A stretch of DNA of 64,000 nucleotides from Eledone cirrhosa. Lineage: Eukaryota. The position numbers were made by a program, and so were the translations under genes. The stretch lies in the NCBI GenBank assembly GCA_964016885.1, contig OZ024740.1, forward strand, positions 385,578,001 through 385,642,000. Direction: 5' to 3'. Below are positions 26,528-39,470 of this stretch, piece by piece. The notes under the pieces were generated by a model, which saw nothing but the letters and a program-made list of their open reading frames with translations, was not told the DNA's origin and ran no database searches. How positions within the stretch are numbered: position 1 is the stretch's first letter; every line of letters begins with the position of its first letter.

Positions 26528-27889
26528 ATATTATTATGGCTGATAGGTCAAGTGATCATGTAGCTACTCCCTTCCTGGCTCACTAATCATCTAATATATG
26601 CAAGAGAGGTTACTGTTAAGGATATGTTTTATAAATGGTTAACAAGCATTGTGTGATGTATACTGTCAGATACTGAGAGACATGAGAAAAAGGTATTTTG
26701 TTCAGATCCATTCTGCATTGTGCAGTAGATAGAGCCTTACAAGCTAAGAGACTGATATGGAAATATGTAGGGAGCAAGAAACCATATAAGGTTGTTAAAA
26801 GAGAAGCTAGATTTCAAGCATTCTTAAACCTATTTGATTTTAAACTGCCTGAAGCCACCTCTGGTTCTATGACACAAAACTGTTTTAATGTGTTTATATT
26901 TATCTAAATCCTTTCACTTTAGGTTATATGCCAAACATCAACTTAATGAGATAGTTAGTTGTATTACTAAATATATCAAAATTTGCGATTATTTTCAAAA
27001 TTATAAGCAATATCTATCATTAGAAATATGGTAATGAAATGGTTAAAACGTAGAAAAGCAGAATGTTCCATAATGAAAGGACCAGAAATATGAGGTGTTC
27101 TAAGTTACAAAACTGTGTGTAGGTGTGAATTTAGATGTTACTGATGTAAAAGTGCATATGGACTGATGGCAATCCACCCAACCTCATTGACACCAAGAAG
27201 TTGAGAAGAAGTGTGGAAATGCTACTATGACAGCTTGTTGAATGAGGAGAATGCATGGGAGAGAAATTATTTTAATCTCTTCCCCTCAAATTTGTGGATA
27301 TGTGCCTATGTCAGATATCATTTTTGTTAAGAGTATTATTATTAGTAGGTGGTGAAAGCACAAGCAATAGAGCATTGGATAAAATGCTTTGCAGTGTTTA
27401 TTCCTGCCCTTTCATCCTTCAAGGTATGATAAAATAAAATACTGCTCAAATACTGGAATTGATATAATTGACTTTCCCTTTCCCCTTTCCCTAAATCAGA
27501 AACCATTATTGTTTTTTTTTTTCTTTTATTGTGTGTCATCACTACATTATTGAGCACAACTCCGGTGGATTGGCAGAATTTGTAGAGCATCAGACACCAT
27601 GCTTTGCAGCATAGTTATGGCCCTTTACATTCAAAACAATTATTGTGCACAACTCCGACTGCCTTGAGTATGTGTAGTGTTGTTTTTGCTGGTGATTTTT
27701 CTGTTGCATTGAAAGTACGGTTTGTAATATATGTACAGTGCTGTGTAGTGTTATTTTCTGTATGCTGTATATAGTTATTCCTTAGGAGGCCAGAAAACAA
27801 CACTTGTTCTAGGCATTGAAAGAGACAGTCTAAACAGGCTTTTCCAGGGGACTTTCAGATCAGGGATTATAGATTTATTCTTCTCTTTT

Positions 27890-28410
27890 TCCTCTTTGCC
27901 CACTCATTCCTGTGAGGGTCATGGGAGCAGAATCCTCAGACACTCCTTCTAGTGGGTCCTGTCAAAAGCAACTATCTTCAACTGGTTCAGTGGCTCCCCA
28001 AGTGAGACCAACCAAGCTCATGGATTTTATCCAACCATCTTGCTCAGGGTTTAAACCTGGATCTCCTGCTAGTAGGCTTTGCCCATAAAATCTATGCATG
28101 CTATCGAGTAACATTACTCCAAAGACCTTTTGGAGGAACCCATTTTGGCCACTTGCATTCACAATCATATTCTTTGTCGACAGATTTGTTCTGCTCGAGA
28201 ACAGGTCACAGGTGGTGGATAATGATACAGCCACCAGATATGATGGCTAGTTACGATATAAGCAGGCAATTGAAGGATGAATAAGCAGTAAACTACTTGG
28301 GTGATGGAGCAATGGGTGGCGCCTGTTGCCCCCAAGAAAACTCTCACAACCCAGTGATGTAGCTATGACGAGGCGAATAAAGGACACCCCTCAAAAGGCT
28401 TAGTCTTCAT
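27890..28410. mobile_element. Composite old repeat: RTE family C 3' end (-) plus an adjoining segment
   Basis: 27890-28080 is homologous to 34250-34440 and to the reverse complement of 39290-39460. 28203-28410 is homologous to 34982-35205. Confidence 0.65.
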
Positions 28411-29633
28411 GGGTTTGACAAAATACCAGATTGGTAACTGGTGTGGATCAGACCACTGAAACTGAAAAATGATGAGGAAAACAAAAAAGAACCATACTGT
28501 CCCTTTAAATTCTGAGTTCAAATCCTGCCAAGGTTAGCTTTGCTTTTCATACTTACAAGATTCATAAAATAAAGTACCAGTAATTCACTGGGGTGGGTTT
28601 AATCAACTTTCTCCTCCTCCAAAATTGTTGGCCTTCTGCATAAATCAGAAACCATTATTATTTGTTTTTAACTGCACCATTTCAAGAGCATAAAACCTAA
28701 TTATGCAATAAAAGTTTTAAAGTTTCATATTTTGTCACACTTTTTTTACTTCTTACATATATCATTTGTTTTCTTACACACACACACACATATATATATC
28801 AGTATTGGGTTGCATCCTGTGAGAAAAATATAGCACAAGATTGGAAAAGAAAAAAAAACAACAAACAGGTGAATCTAGGTTTCATTTGTAGAAATAAATT
28901 ATATCATGATTTATATCATAAGAAAATGCATGGATTTTGAAAAAAAGTTTTTCAGTGTAAATATTCGCTGTAGATTGTGATTGAACTAGCTGCATTGTCT
29001 TTTAACAAGTTTCTTACCTTTGAGACCATAATATAAAAAAAAATGTACCATCCATTATGAAAAGCACTTTGGTATGGGATTATTTGAATGTATGTGTGCT
29101 TTATTATTATCATTATTATTTTTTATCTTTTTTATTATTTTTTTAGATCAAATATTGATATTTGATAATTTAATTTGAACTATAGAATTCCTACCTATAT
29201 TATGAATCAATATAGTATCATTTTTTTTCTGTATCAGTTATCATATTGATTTACTCAGAAAATTGTTATATTATTTCTTATTTACTATTATCTCTTATAA
29301 TATTGAGAAAATAATATATTTACCATTAATATCTAGGAAACCTTTTCTTAACTTATTGCAGGAAATGAGTTACAAAATACTCAAAATATTTTTGGAATTT
29401 TTGTTCCTGATATTAGCTTAAATTATTGTCTTCCTTCTCTATCACTGCATTTTTATCGCATATATTTAAATTCTCTTTATTAATATACTCTTCATATATT
29501 TTATGTATGTACTCCAGTATGATCTTAGCCATGAAGGTTAAAATAATCTAAAGAACTAAAGTTTCTGGTGTAAACAACATTTTCAATCCTTTTGTTCCTA
29601 AAGCTGCCCTTGGTTCTATAATAGAAAACTGTT

Positions 29634-29862
29634 TTAACTCTTTTGTTACCAAACCAGCCAAAACCGGTATTGGTTCTATGAAATAAAACCACTCATTTTA
29701 AAGGTTTCCAATTCATATTAATATCTTCCAATATAATTTTATATAAGAACTTTACATTAAGTTACTTAGTAATGAAATAATTTTAATAAATCCCTCAAAA
29801 GTTTTCATTAAATAATTCAAATAGAGTGTATTTCATTAGAAATTTGGTCATGAAAGGGTTAA
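29634..29862. mobile_element. TTAA-flanked MITE (piggyBac-type ends)
   Basis: ttaa-ctctttt ... aaaggg-ttaa. Related copies at 30042-30277, 42571-42790, 59360-59771 and ~26860-27047. Confidence 0.6.
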
Positions 29863-30869
29863 AATGTTTATATTTATATAAAAACCAGCCATCTTGATTT
29901 TATGTAAGAACCTTTGTTGAATTATGCTCCATACACTAGCTATATAATGACGAAGTAAGTTATATTATCAAATCCCTCCAAATTATTTGAAAATCACAGG
30001 AGGTCTTGAATTCGAAATATATTAACGAAAGGATTAAACATTTAAACACTTTTGTGACCATATTACTAATGAAATACACTGTATTTAAATTAATTTTGAA
30101 ATATTTACTGAAAATATTAATTAGTTCATTTCTAAGCCAGTATGACAATTGTATGAAATTGTTAGAAAATTTAAATTTAAATAGGAACCCTTTAAAACAG
30201 GTAATTTTGTTTCATAGTATCAGAACTGGTTTTTTTTTGGGGGGGGGGGGGTGCTAGTTTAGTATCAAAAAGGTTAAGATCCTAGTCTTCTTTTCAGTTT
30301 TATTATGTGGTTTAGCTAAATTTTAAGCCCAATAATTTGAATATGCTAATGTACATAATACACTGTAGTAAAGTTTTGGACAGTCAGTCAAACATGTTGC
30401 CTGGTTTAAAACCACTTCTTCGTCCTTGGGTTTCTTTTGCATTCACACCAGCCACTCAGTTCCCTCACCACTTACATTTATTTGTCTCCATTTATGCCAG
30501 GTTATATAACTGGGAGAATGACAAGAGAGAGTGATGATAAAGAAAGCACCAGGGTGAGAGGATTATAGAGGAGAGAGTATAATAGGAGTGTGAGAGTGGT
30601 AGGAGCATGAGGGATGTAAATGTGATTGTAAGAGTGGTAGGGATTAGAAAAGAGAGGAGTACCAGGGTGGGGTAAGAATGAGATGGTTATAGAGGAGAGT
30701 AAGAGAGGAGTACCAGGGTGGTAGTAATGAGAGGATTATTTCAGATTTGTATGTGTTTGACAAGTGATTTGATCTGAAATAATTATATTATAAGATAGCC
30801 ATGATAGCTATTTAAAAAATATTCACTTCAGACAGACTTTTATAATATTCAACAATAACATTGAAGTCC

Positions 30870-31123
30870 AGAGGCTGATCAGGCTGGTGCTTATCCCAGT
30901 TTCCATGGCATGAAGTAACTGGGAGTTCAAGACTCACCCCTGGACAGGACAGCATTCCATTGCAGGCATAAACCTCCAGTTATTGCTGGTACTCATTTTT
31001 AGCTTAGTATACTGGAGCAACGTGAAATGAAGTGTTTTGCCCAAGAACACATCACACAACCCAGTCAAGGAATTGAACCCATAACATTATGAGCATTCGT
31101 CCAACACCCTTACCATTAAGCCA
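30870..31123 (-). mobile_element. tRNA-derived SINE with CORE-like and V-like domains
   Basis: Minus strand has A box tggcttaatgg, B box ggttcaattcc, ttcttgggcaaaacactt, and ctgcaatggaatgctgtcctgtccagggg. Confidence 0.6.
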
Positions 31124-32589
31124 GTAAAATGTGAAAATATGTTGTAGGACATATATGGCCTGCTTGAAAAGCATATGTGTGTTTATATGTGATTACTTTT
31201 TATGATGTCAGTATGCCTATATATAATTTGACTAACATTCTAATTGACAATTCTATAAAATCTTGATTTTTATATAAATCTGTTGTGCATTCTAATTTTT
31301 TCATGCTTCATTGTATTTTCCTTTGTCGTATGTTTTGTTTTTAGTTTTGTGCCTTCAACATCCCTGTCTTGTTTTTGTCATTGTTAATTCCTATTGTCAT
31401 GGCTGTCTTCTTTTTGTTGCTTGCTTCCTTAATTTCCAGTGCTGTCTTTTTCTTTTGCAGTCTTCCTTTTTTCCTTATCTTTATCATGTCCTTTTTCTTT
31501 TTGTCTGGCTTTTAGAATTTGTATGATTCTCCACTTCTATTGAATGTTTCTCTACTCAAGAGACAAGATATAATGTCATTATAAAAATAAAACAAAAACA
31601 AAAGAATGTCTCATGGGCAAATAAGTGAAAATAATGATGTCCCTCTCTTTGTAAGCTTTCTCCCCTTATATATATATATATATTGTGTGTGTGTGTGTTG
31701 GTAGTTCTGAGATAGGCTACTGAAATCATTGATATTAAATAAATCGAAATTTTTTTTTTGTTTTTTTGTGGTATGGAGTGGTGAGGAAAATAGATTTCTT
31801 GTGTTAGTAGAAAATCTAACTACTCATAACATCAAATTTTTTCTCTTTTCTAGTAAATAAACACTAATTTATACCTTGGTAAAGATCTAGTATATTTGCA
31901 GTAATTATTGTTGTCTGTAATTTATTGATAATTGAATACACAGACTATTTCTAAAGGTGTATTTAGAACCAACATGAGTTGATCTGTCTAGTATATGAAT
32001 ATAGCTTTATTTGAAAACCCCTATCCTTTATTTTTATCTCTTTTGATGCTGCCATTCATCATATTGAGCAGCTGTAGTAAATAATACTATTTACAGTGTT
32101 TGAACAAAAGATCTGTGCAAATATCCTCTGTCTTAGATTCTTCTGTTTTGGGACATCATGCCTACGAATCACTTCTGTCTTCAAAGCCATTTCTCTTGTT
32201 GCGACTTCAAACTGTTTTGTTGTTTTTGTTCTTGGTAAACATAAGGAAAAATGACTGTTGTATGAATTAAATAGCTTCATTGGGTAAATCATATTTCTTG
32301 GCTTACTCTAAGTAGTATAAAAAGAACTACTTGAACAATTCATAAATATCTAAGTTTCTCACATAGGAAAAGGAAGGTTAAATTGTAATATATATTCTAT
32401 CTCTCAAATAAGTATATTGCTGTATCTGCTTTATGTTGCTTTGATTAAAATAGGCACTACTCTCATTTTATGATTGAGGGGACAACGTACCCAAGTTCAA
32501 ATTCTTCATGTGTTAAATCTGTACCAAATATGAGTTTAAATCTGTTATCATGATTTTTAATAAAATGTTAGTGAATTTTATTTGTATTG

Positions 32590-33250
32590 ATGTGGTTGCA
32601 TTATCATTAACATTTTACATCCATTTTTCTGTGTTTGCATGGGTTGGATGGGTCTTTTCCTACAACATGAATGCACTTCTTCATCATCTCCTTTGTGAAG
32701 TTCATTATTTTGAGATCAGTTCCAATCACTTCTGCCCAGGTATTCCTCATTCTTCCTCTACTGTAGCTTCCTTCTACTAGGATCTCTTGGCACTTCTTCA
32801 CCCAACAATCACCCCCCATAGTCATCAAATGTAGTTGTCTTCTCTTTTTCACACTAAATCTGATCCCTCTTATATGCCCTTCTTTTTCTCTTAACTCACC
32901 TGCACTTTTATGTTCATGAATATTAACATTATATAGCTCACATTAGTGTAGTACATTCTACCCTTTTCTTTGATAGAAAATCCCTTTCTTGTCAGCAGAC
33001 ATAGTAGGTCTCTAAATTTTTTCCATCCCATTTTTGTTCGAGCTACTATGCTTTCAGAGGTGCCTAGGTGCCACCTTAAACTTCTTTGCTGGTGCTCTTG
33101 CTACTAATTATCTCTGTGCCACATACAAAGTCTACTTTTCCTGTCAACCTACCTGCTATCTCACTACACTTTGTGTATGCATATTTTAAATTGTGTACAT
33201 TATATTGAGTTTCTACCTACTTCTTTTCTATGCATTAAGTAGGGTCACTT
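32590..33250 (-). mobile_element. Old degenerate RTE 3' fragment
   Basis: GGDCWVKKC..SRGRMRNTW..I..DL remnant and aacccatgcaaac 3' motif. Similar relics at ~27110-27270, 45180-45450 and 58270-58640. Confidence 0.65.
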
Positions 33251-34446
33251 CTTTCCTACTTACTAGAACTTCCTTCTGAATATATAACTGGAGAGGGACA
33301 TCTAAATCAATGAAGTGCAAAATAATGGTTTTTACTAAGAAGGAATCTATCAACTCTAGAATTGCAAGCTGGCTATGAAAAAGAACTTGATGTTGCTATA
33401 GATATTAAGATGGCATGGGTCAAAACATCTCCCTCACCTTTTACATTCTTCACAAAAGTTGAGAGAATTTCACTAAAGTCTCAAGAAATCTGTTATAGAT
33501 AGAAAACCCACCATATATAAAGAACAAATTTGAAGTGTGGTGAAGTACACCTGAATACTTTCAGTTAATGTTTTAGTATTCTCAGCCTACTGAACTCAGG
33601 TTTTACGTTGATTGCAGTTAATAAATGTGACCTCATCAATTTTTTCCATCTACAGTTTATATCACAGAAGGCTGCAAAAATAATACTTCACAAATTTTAC
33701 ACAAGCCACAACACATTGGAACCCAGACCTGGTTCTCCTGTAGTATGAAAAGTCCCACTTCCTCATGAACAACACCTTCATACTTTCACATGTCTTATGC
33801 AAATACACACCTTCTGAATAGGAGCTTCCTACATTCAGTCATCAGCATATTGAACAACTTTCCAGAAGCCATATTGGAAATCCTCTCAGATGATTAAATG
33901 CAAGTATTCAAAAGTCAAGTGCATAAAGCACTCTGGTCACTTGATCTCTGAAAAAAAAGGGCAAACTATTGATTTCTCTATTGAATCAACCTTTGTAATC
34001 AAAATATCTAATGAGGTGGCTATTGCTCATAAATTTCCTATCTGAAATGATCACACATTTGCTTTATAACATATTTAGTTATGTTTTGTAATTTTTAAGG
34101 GATGGAAGAATCAATTTTATATTTCCATGCACTTCCTTTCATTTTCAAAAATGATCTTGCCTTGTTGCATACAGACATGCTCACAATTAGATATTTTTCA
34201 TGTGCTTGCTAAGTTAAATGCTTTTTTTCTTCTCCTCCTTCTTCCTTTTCATTTTCTTCGCCCACATATTCCTGAGAGGGTCGTTGGGGCAGAGTTTTCA
34301 ACACTCCTTCTAGCAGGTCCTGTCACAAGCAACCATTTCCAACTGATCTGGTTCAATTCCCAAATGAGACCAGCCAAGCTTATGGATGTTATCCAACCAT
34401 CTTTATCAGGGTTTACCCTTGGGTCTCCTGCTGGTTGGTTTTGTTA

Positions 34447-34981
34447 GAGGATGGTATGGACATGTGATGCGTATGAAGGATGACAGCTGCATAAAAAGGT
34501 GCAGAGCACTAGAAGTTGATGGAAACCGCGGAGTGGGGAGACCCAAGATGACTTGGGATGAGGTGATAAAAGCCGACCTTACCCAACTACACCTCTCAAA
34601 GTCAATGACACACGACCGTGACTTCTGGCGTCACGCAGTAATACAGGGTACCCGACCTCCCATGGGTACATGCTGAAGCATATAAACAATATGCCCCCCC
34701 CCCCCCCACCGCAAGGTGGTCGTGGAGGTGCCACGGCAAAAAAGCACCCAGCCCACACTGTAAAGTGGACGTGTAGGCGCCACGAAAAAGCACCCAGCAC
34801 TCACTGTAAATGAGGTTGGTGTTAGGAAGGGCATCCAGCTGTAGAAATCAAGCCAGATCAGTTCCTGTATGAGCAAGGCATGGTCAGCCGACCAGACACT
34901 GCCCACAACAGGACAACCCGTCTAACCCATGCTAGCGTGGAAGAACGGACGTAAAACGGTGATGATGATGATGATGATGAT
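34447..34981 (+). mobile_element. RTE family B, 5'-truncated
   Basis: WYGHVMRMKDDSCIKRC...GRPKMTW...DRDFWR, followed by a 3'UTR and (GAT)n tail. Confidence 0.9.
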
Positions 34982-35269
34982 GGTCCACATGTGGTGGATA
35001 GTGATATGGCCACCAGATATGGTGCTTAGTTGTGATGTAAGTGGGTAGCTACCAGATGAATAAGCAGCCCCAGACCAACAGTGGTAAGCTACTAGGGAAG
35101 ATGGACCAATGGGTGACACATATAGCTTCCAAGAAAATTCTCACAAACCAGTGATGTAGCTATGACGAGACGAGTAAAGGTTGCCCCTAAAAAGTCTAGT
35201 CTTTATACGAGTATCCAAGTATTTGTGTTCGAATAAAAGGTGCTAAGTACTAAGTCAAAACCATTCAAT

Positions 35270-35570
35270 GTAAGAGTCTGACTCCTCCAAGGGTGTGTAT
35301 TGTCACCTCTCCTGTTCATTATTTCCATGAACAGGATTAACATGTGCAGCTAGGCTGGAAGTGGTATCATGACTGGTGGGTGTAGGATCAGTTAGCTAGA
35401 ATTTGCAGATTACATGATATTACTTAACTCAACAGAAGATGATCTCAGACTTGCACTTAACAGGTTTGATGCCGCATGCTGCATAGCAGGATTGGAAAAT
35501 CAGTGTGGCGAAAACTGAGACACTCGTCCTCACCAGGAAGCCTGGGCAGTCCACTCCGCATGTGAATATA
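35270..35570 (+). pseudogene. Degenerate LINE RT fragment
   Basis: LQGCVLSPLLFII..NR and KISVAKTETLV remnants. Confidence 0.6.
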
Positions 35571-35886
35571 CATCACTTACCTGTTTTCTATAATAGAATT
35601 AGGCATCTATACTATAATAAAGGGAGGAGTGCAGGACAGCGTCCCTTTTATATCTTTTAATCCCATTTGTAAAATAAGTTGGATTACTTTGAATAAATAA
35701 TGAATGAATATTACATAATGTATGTACTAAATTTCATAACACATGATTAAACATAAATAATGTTATTGCTTATTTCAAGATTCGCTTCTTTTAAAAGATT
35801 CAAATTTCAATATTTCCGGTATACCTCCACCACCACCACCACCACCACCACCATATATTTATATATATATATATATATATATACAG

Positions 35887-36531
35887 GTGGTGGAGGGTGC
35901 TCTGAAAGTACAGTAGCTAGAGTCAGAACTGGATGGAAAAAGTTCAGAGAGCTTATACCACTATTAGCCGCTAAAGGGTTCTCTCTAAAAATGAAAGGCA
36001 GGCTGTATGATGCCTGCATACGAACAGCAATGTTACATGGCAGTGAGACCTGGGCATTGTGTGCAGAGGATATACGCAGACTGGAGGGGAACGAAGCTTG
36101 CATGCTCCACTGGATGTGTAATAGTAATATACGTGAATGGCAAAGCATAAACGAACTAAGGGAAAAATTTAAAATAAGAGGGATCAGATGTTGTTTACTC
36201 GAGAGAAGACTACGTTGGTATGGTCACGTGATGCGCATGAAAGACGACAGCTGTATAAAAAAGTGCAGGGCAATAAAAATAGATGGTAGCCACGGAGTAG
36301 GCAGACCCAGAAAAACCTGGGACGACTTGATAAATTCCGACCTCACACACTTACACTTCTCCAAGACAATGTCACTGGACCGAGATCTGTGGCGCTACAC
36401 AGTAATACAGAAGACCCGCCTTACCTAAGTACAAAGTGAAACCTACTACAGTCAGTAGGCACCTCTAACAAAAACTCCCGTCCAAACCGATGCAAGCGTG
36501 GAAGATGGACGTTAAACGATGATGATGATGA
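35887..36531 (+). mobile_element. RTE family A, 5'-truncated, with internal 3'UTR deletion
   Basis: Matches 10706-11290, then jumps to the last ~60 nt; (GAT)n tail; atacagg present on both sides. Confidence 0.92.
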
Positions 36532-36533
36532 TA

Positions 36534-37816
36534 CAGGGTGCGGATGATATTTGTTTGCAAGATTACTGTCTAGGAAAAAATAACACAGTAGTTTTATTTT
36601 TTAAGATATATTTATCAAACTTGGGTCAGTTTGTCTTCATGACTTGTTCTTTCGATCTCACTCAATAAACCTGCCATTGTCTTTGATGATGACCGCAAGG
36701 CGGCCTCAGAACCGGCTACAGGCCTTTGTCACTGTCCCCTGACTTAGGTCCATAAAGGCACTTGTTATCCTGGCCTTCAGATCGTCTTCCGTATTGCAGT
36801 TAGATCTGTTGGTGTCTCATTCCACTGCGCCCCACACAAAGAAGTCGAGGGGATTGCAGTCAGGCGAGCTGGGATGTCAGGTGAAGCGTGGTCGACGAAG
36901 TTCTCTGACAGCCAGGCTTGGGTCTTTCGGCTGGTATGGCAGGGCACTGAGTCTTGCTGCCACGCGTATGGCCTACCTGCAGCTACCTGGTCGATCCAGG
37001 GCTTTGCTACCTCGCTCAGAACGCGGATGTAACCATCGGTGTTCAGCTTGAGGCCCTCGGGGAAGAAGTGAGATGGCATGACATCACCTTGACTGCTGAC
37101 GACATCTAAGACCAATGTTGTCGCTGGAAACTTTGTCTGCATGACTCTTGGCATGTCTTTGGATGAGACAGCGAGCCACCTGTTGTTCTGGGAGTTGATC
37201 TTCTGGTCTTGGCAGAAGTTTTTCTCGTCGGAGAAAAACGACAGCATGTCTGGCTCCAGTGGGTGTTTCAACTTGTTGATCTGCTTCAGTCGCTTTTCTT
37301 GCATCGCTTTTGACAGAAATTGTCCTTTCCTCATCTTGTATGAAACGTAGCGAATGTCTTCATGTACCACCAGCCTAATGAGCTTTTCATCCACGCCTTT
37401 CTCCCTTGCAATGGCACGCATTGACTTGCTAGGTTCATTGTTGATGATATCCTGAACTTCAGCGACGAACTCCGGTGTTCTGAAGGCGTCAGATCGTCGA
37501 TCATGTGTTTTCTTCTCTGATGTTGCTTCGTAGTCGAATCCTGAATCTTCCAATTCCTTTCTGACCTTTTCCACCATTCTCCTGCTGATGCTGAGAAAGT
37601 CTGAAATTTCCTTATTTGTCCTCTGGGCGCGGATTCCAAGAACTCTGTGTCTTCCACAAATTTGGAGGTTCAAAATTATTCATCATCAATTATTCTGAAA
37701 ATAAATAATGGAAATATAGTCTCTGTTTTTATGAAGACAAGAGTGACAACGGAAGTAAAAAAAATTTGCATAAAATTAGCAGTTGAAAATTGCGAACAAA
37801 TATCGTCCACACCCTG
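36534..37816 (-). mobile_element. Tc1/mariner superfamily DD37D (maT) DNA transposon, 1283 bp
   Basis: 27-bp TIRs: cagggtgcggatgatatttgtttgcaa versus reverse-complemented cagggtgtggacgatatttgttcgcaa; TA on both sides. Confidence 0.9.
36680..37673 (-). pseudogene. DD37D transposase, frameshifted near 36870
   Basis: HTH-like N-terminus, FSDEKNF, WQQDSVPCH, then SSPDCNPLDFFVWG in another frame. D-to-D spacing is 37 if the usual WPP is restored at the frameshift. Confidence 0.85.
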
Positions 37817-37906
37817 TATATATATATAGACAAAGTGAGAAAGAAAGAGAGGGCGTGTGAAGAGAGATACAAAGTGACTGTGACAGATATATATATATAT
37901 ATATAT

Positions 37907-38412
37907 AATAAATGTAATCTGAGTTTTTCGAATATTAATAATAGCCTTCGATTCGTTTGCAATTATGCAAACAAGCCTCAATTTTACAGCCATGTCAGTA
38001 GAATGAACCCTTCATTCTTGCTCTTGTGTTGGCATGCAAACAGAACTGCAGACGCTGTTTCTGGGTATCACCCTTCATCAGTACAACTCACTGTTCGCCT
38101 GCCAAACTGTCAGAGCTAGTGAAAATATATGCTATTTTAAAAAATACAGAGTGACTGATCAGCCTGATTTGCATATTAGCAGACTGGCTGATCAGTCAGA
38201 TCTGCATCAGTTAGATCTGCATATTAGCAGATCCACTGATCAGCCAGATTTGCATATCAGCAGACTGGCCAGTCAGTTTCCTGTATACGAGCGATAAATG
38301 GCCGGCTTTGCCAAATTCAAACAAAAAAGAAAATGTTCGCTCTACATGGCTGAATACAATAAATGTAATCTGAGTTTTTCGAATATTAATAATAACATTC
38401 GATTTGTTTGCA
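37907..38412 (-). mobile_element. Non-coding 451-nt unit with 55-bp terminal direct repeat and an HHR (solo pLTR / retrozyme-like)
   Basis: aataaatgtaatctgagtttttcgaatattaataat... occurs at 37907 and 38358; HHR inside; flanked by microsatellites. Confidence 0.65.
38045..38087 (-). ncRNA. Minimal type I hammerhead motif (family 3)
   Basis: gttgta-CTGATGA-a-GGGT gat ACCC-a-GAAA-c agc-GTC-tgcagt; stem I pairs with G:U wobbles; GUC cleavage triplet. Confidence 0.68.
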
Positions 38413-38479
38413 GACATACATTCACACAAATATACATACTTTCACACAAACACATACATACATTCATACAAACACACAT

Positions 38480-39178
38480 TTGTTACAGGTTTTATTCAGT
38501 TATATAAAAAATATAATAATATAATGATTACAGAACAAAAACAAACAAATATAATATATATACATAGGAAAGGATAAAAAAAGAAAAAGAAAAATCATCT
38601 AGGACCACATACAACGCACAAGCAGATAATACTCACATCTAGGACCACATACAACACATAAGCAGGTAATACATACATCTAGGACCACATACAACACACA
38701 AGCAGGTAATACACACATCTAGGACCACATACAGCACACAAGCAGGTAATACATACATCTAGGATCACATACAACACACAAGCAGGTAATACATACATCT
38801 AGGACCACATGCAACAAAAGGCAGGTGAAAGGAATGGACAAACAATCTACTACCAGAGCAAAATATAACAATATCGCAGGGAGCACTAGGAAACCTCTCT
38901 AATAATTTTTTTAGACAAGACAGCACACTGGCAGCATTACCTCAGGTGAAGGCGAGGCTGAGGTGTTGGAACAACCAAGCGCCCTCATGACTATCACCCC
39001 TTACCTTGGTTAGGCGAGCTGCCAGTGAAGATAAGAATCTTGCTGTCAGTAGCCTGACTTCCCCAAATGTCTCGAATACCACAGGCTGGAAAATGTAGTT
39101 ATCTGACAGATCATGGTATTTTAGGATTTTGTTCTATTCAGCTGCGGATGCTATAGCTGTCACCCTTACCGCTGAATT
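38480..39178 (-). mobile_element. CRE-clade non-LTR retrotransposon 3' fragment
   Basis: Minus strand translates KILKYHDLSDNYIFQPVVFETFG...GDSHEGAWLFQHLSLAFT*GNAASVL, a restriction-like endonuclease C-terminus. AATAAA lies near the 3' end. Confidence 0.75.
38596..38816. repeat. 40-bp minisatellite, 5.5 copies
   Basis: catctaggaccacatacaacacacaagcaggtaatacata with an exact 40-bp period. Confidence 0.95.
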
Positions 39179-39179
39179 A

Positions 39180-39470
39180 AGACCAGAGAATCACTCCTAG
39201 TAGAGCTGCTACTTCTCCGAATTGAGAGATCACAACTCTAATACTATGGACATGTGGTCAGAGTGTCTCAGTAAAGAATTGCTGGACAGATTTTACAGGC
39301 GAAACCAACCGGCAAGACACCCAGAGGTAGACCCTGAGCAAGATAGTTGGATAACATCCATGAGCGTTGGATCAGTTAGAGATGTTTGCTTCTGATAGAC
39401 TCGCTGGAAAGAGTGTTTGAGGAGGACTCTGCCCCCACGACCCTCTCAGAAATAAGTGAGCGAAGAAGAT
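39180..39470 (+). mobile_element. RTE family C 3' fragment
   Basis: LLLRIERSQL*YYGHVVRV...PTGKTPRGRP remnant. Confidence 0.75.

Noticed and set aside
28300-28392. HDV-like ribozyme suggested by ggcgaat
   Set aside because: I could not build the nested pseudoknot, and the motif is not kept in the 35160 copy.
38596-38816. CRISPR-like regular repeat
   Set aside because: Units are contiguous with no unique spacers, there are no cas genes, and the context is eukaryotic.
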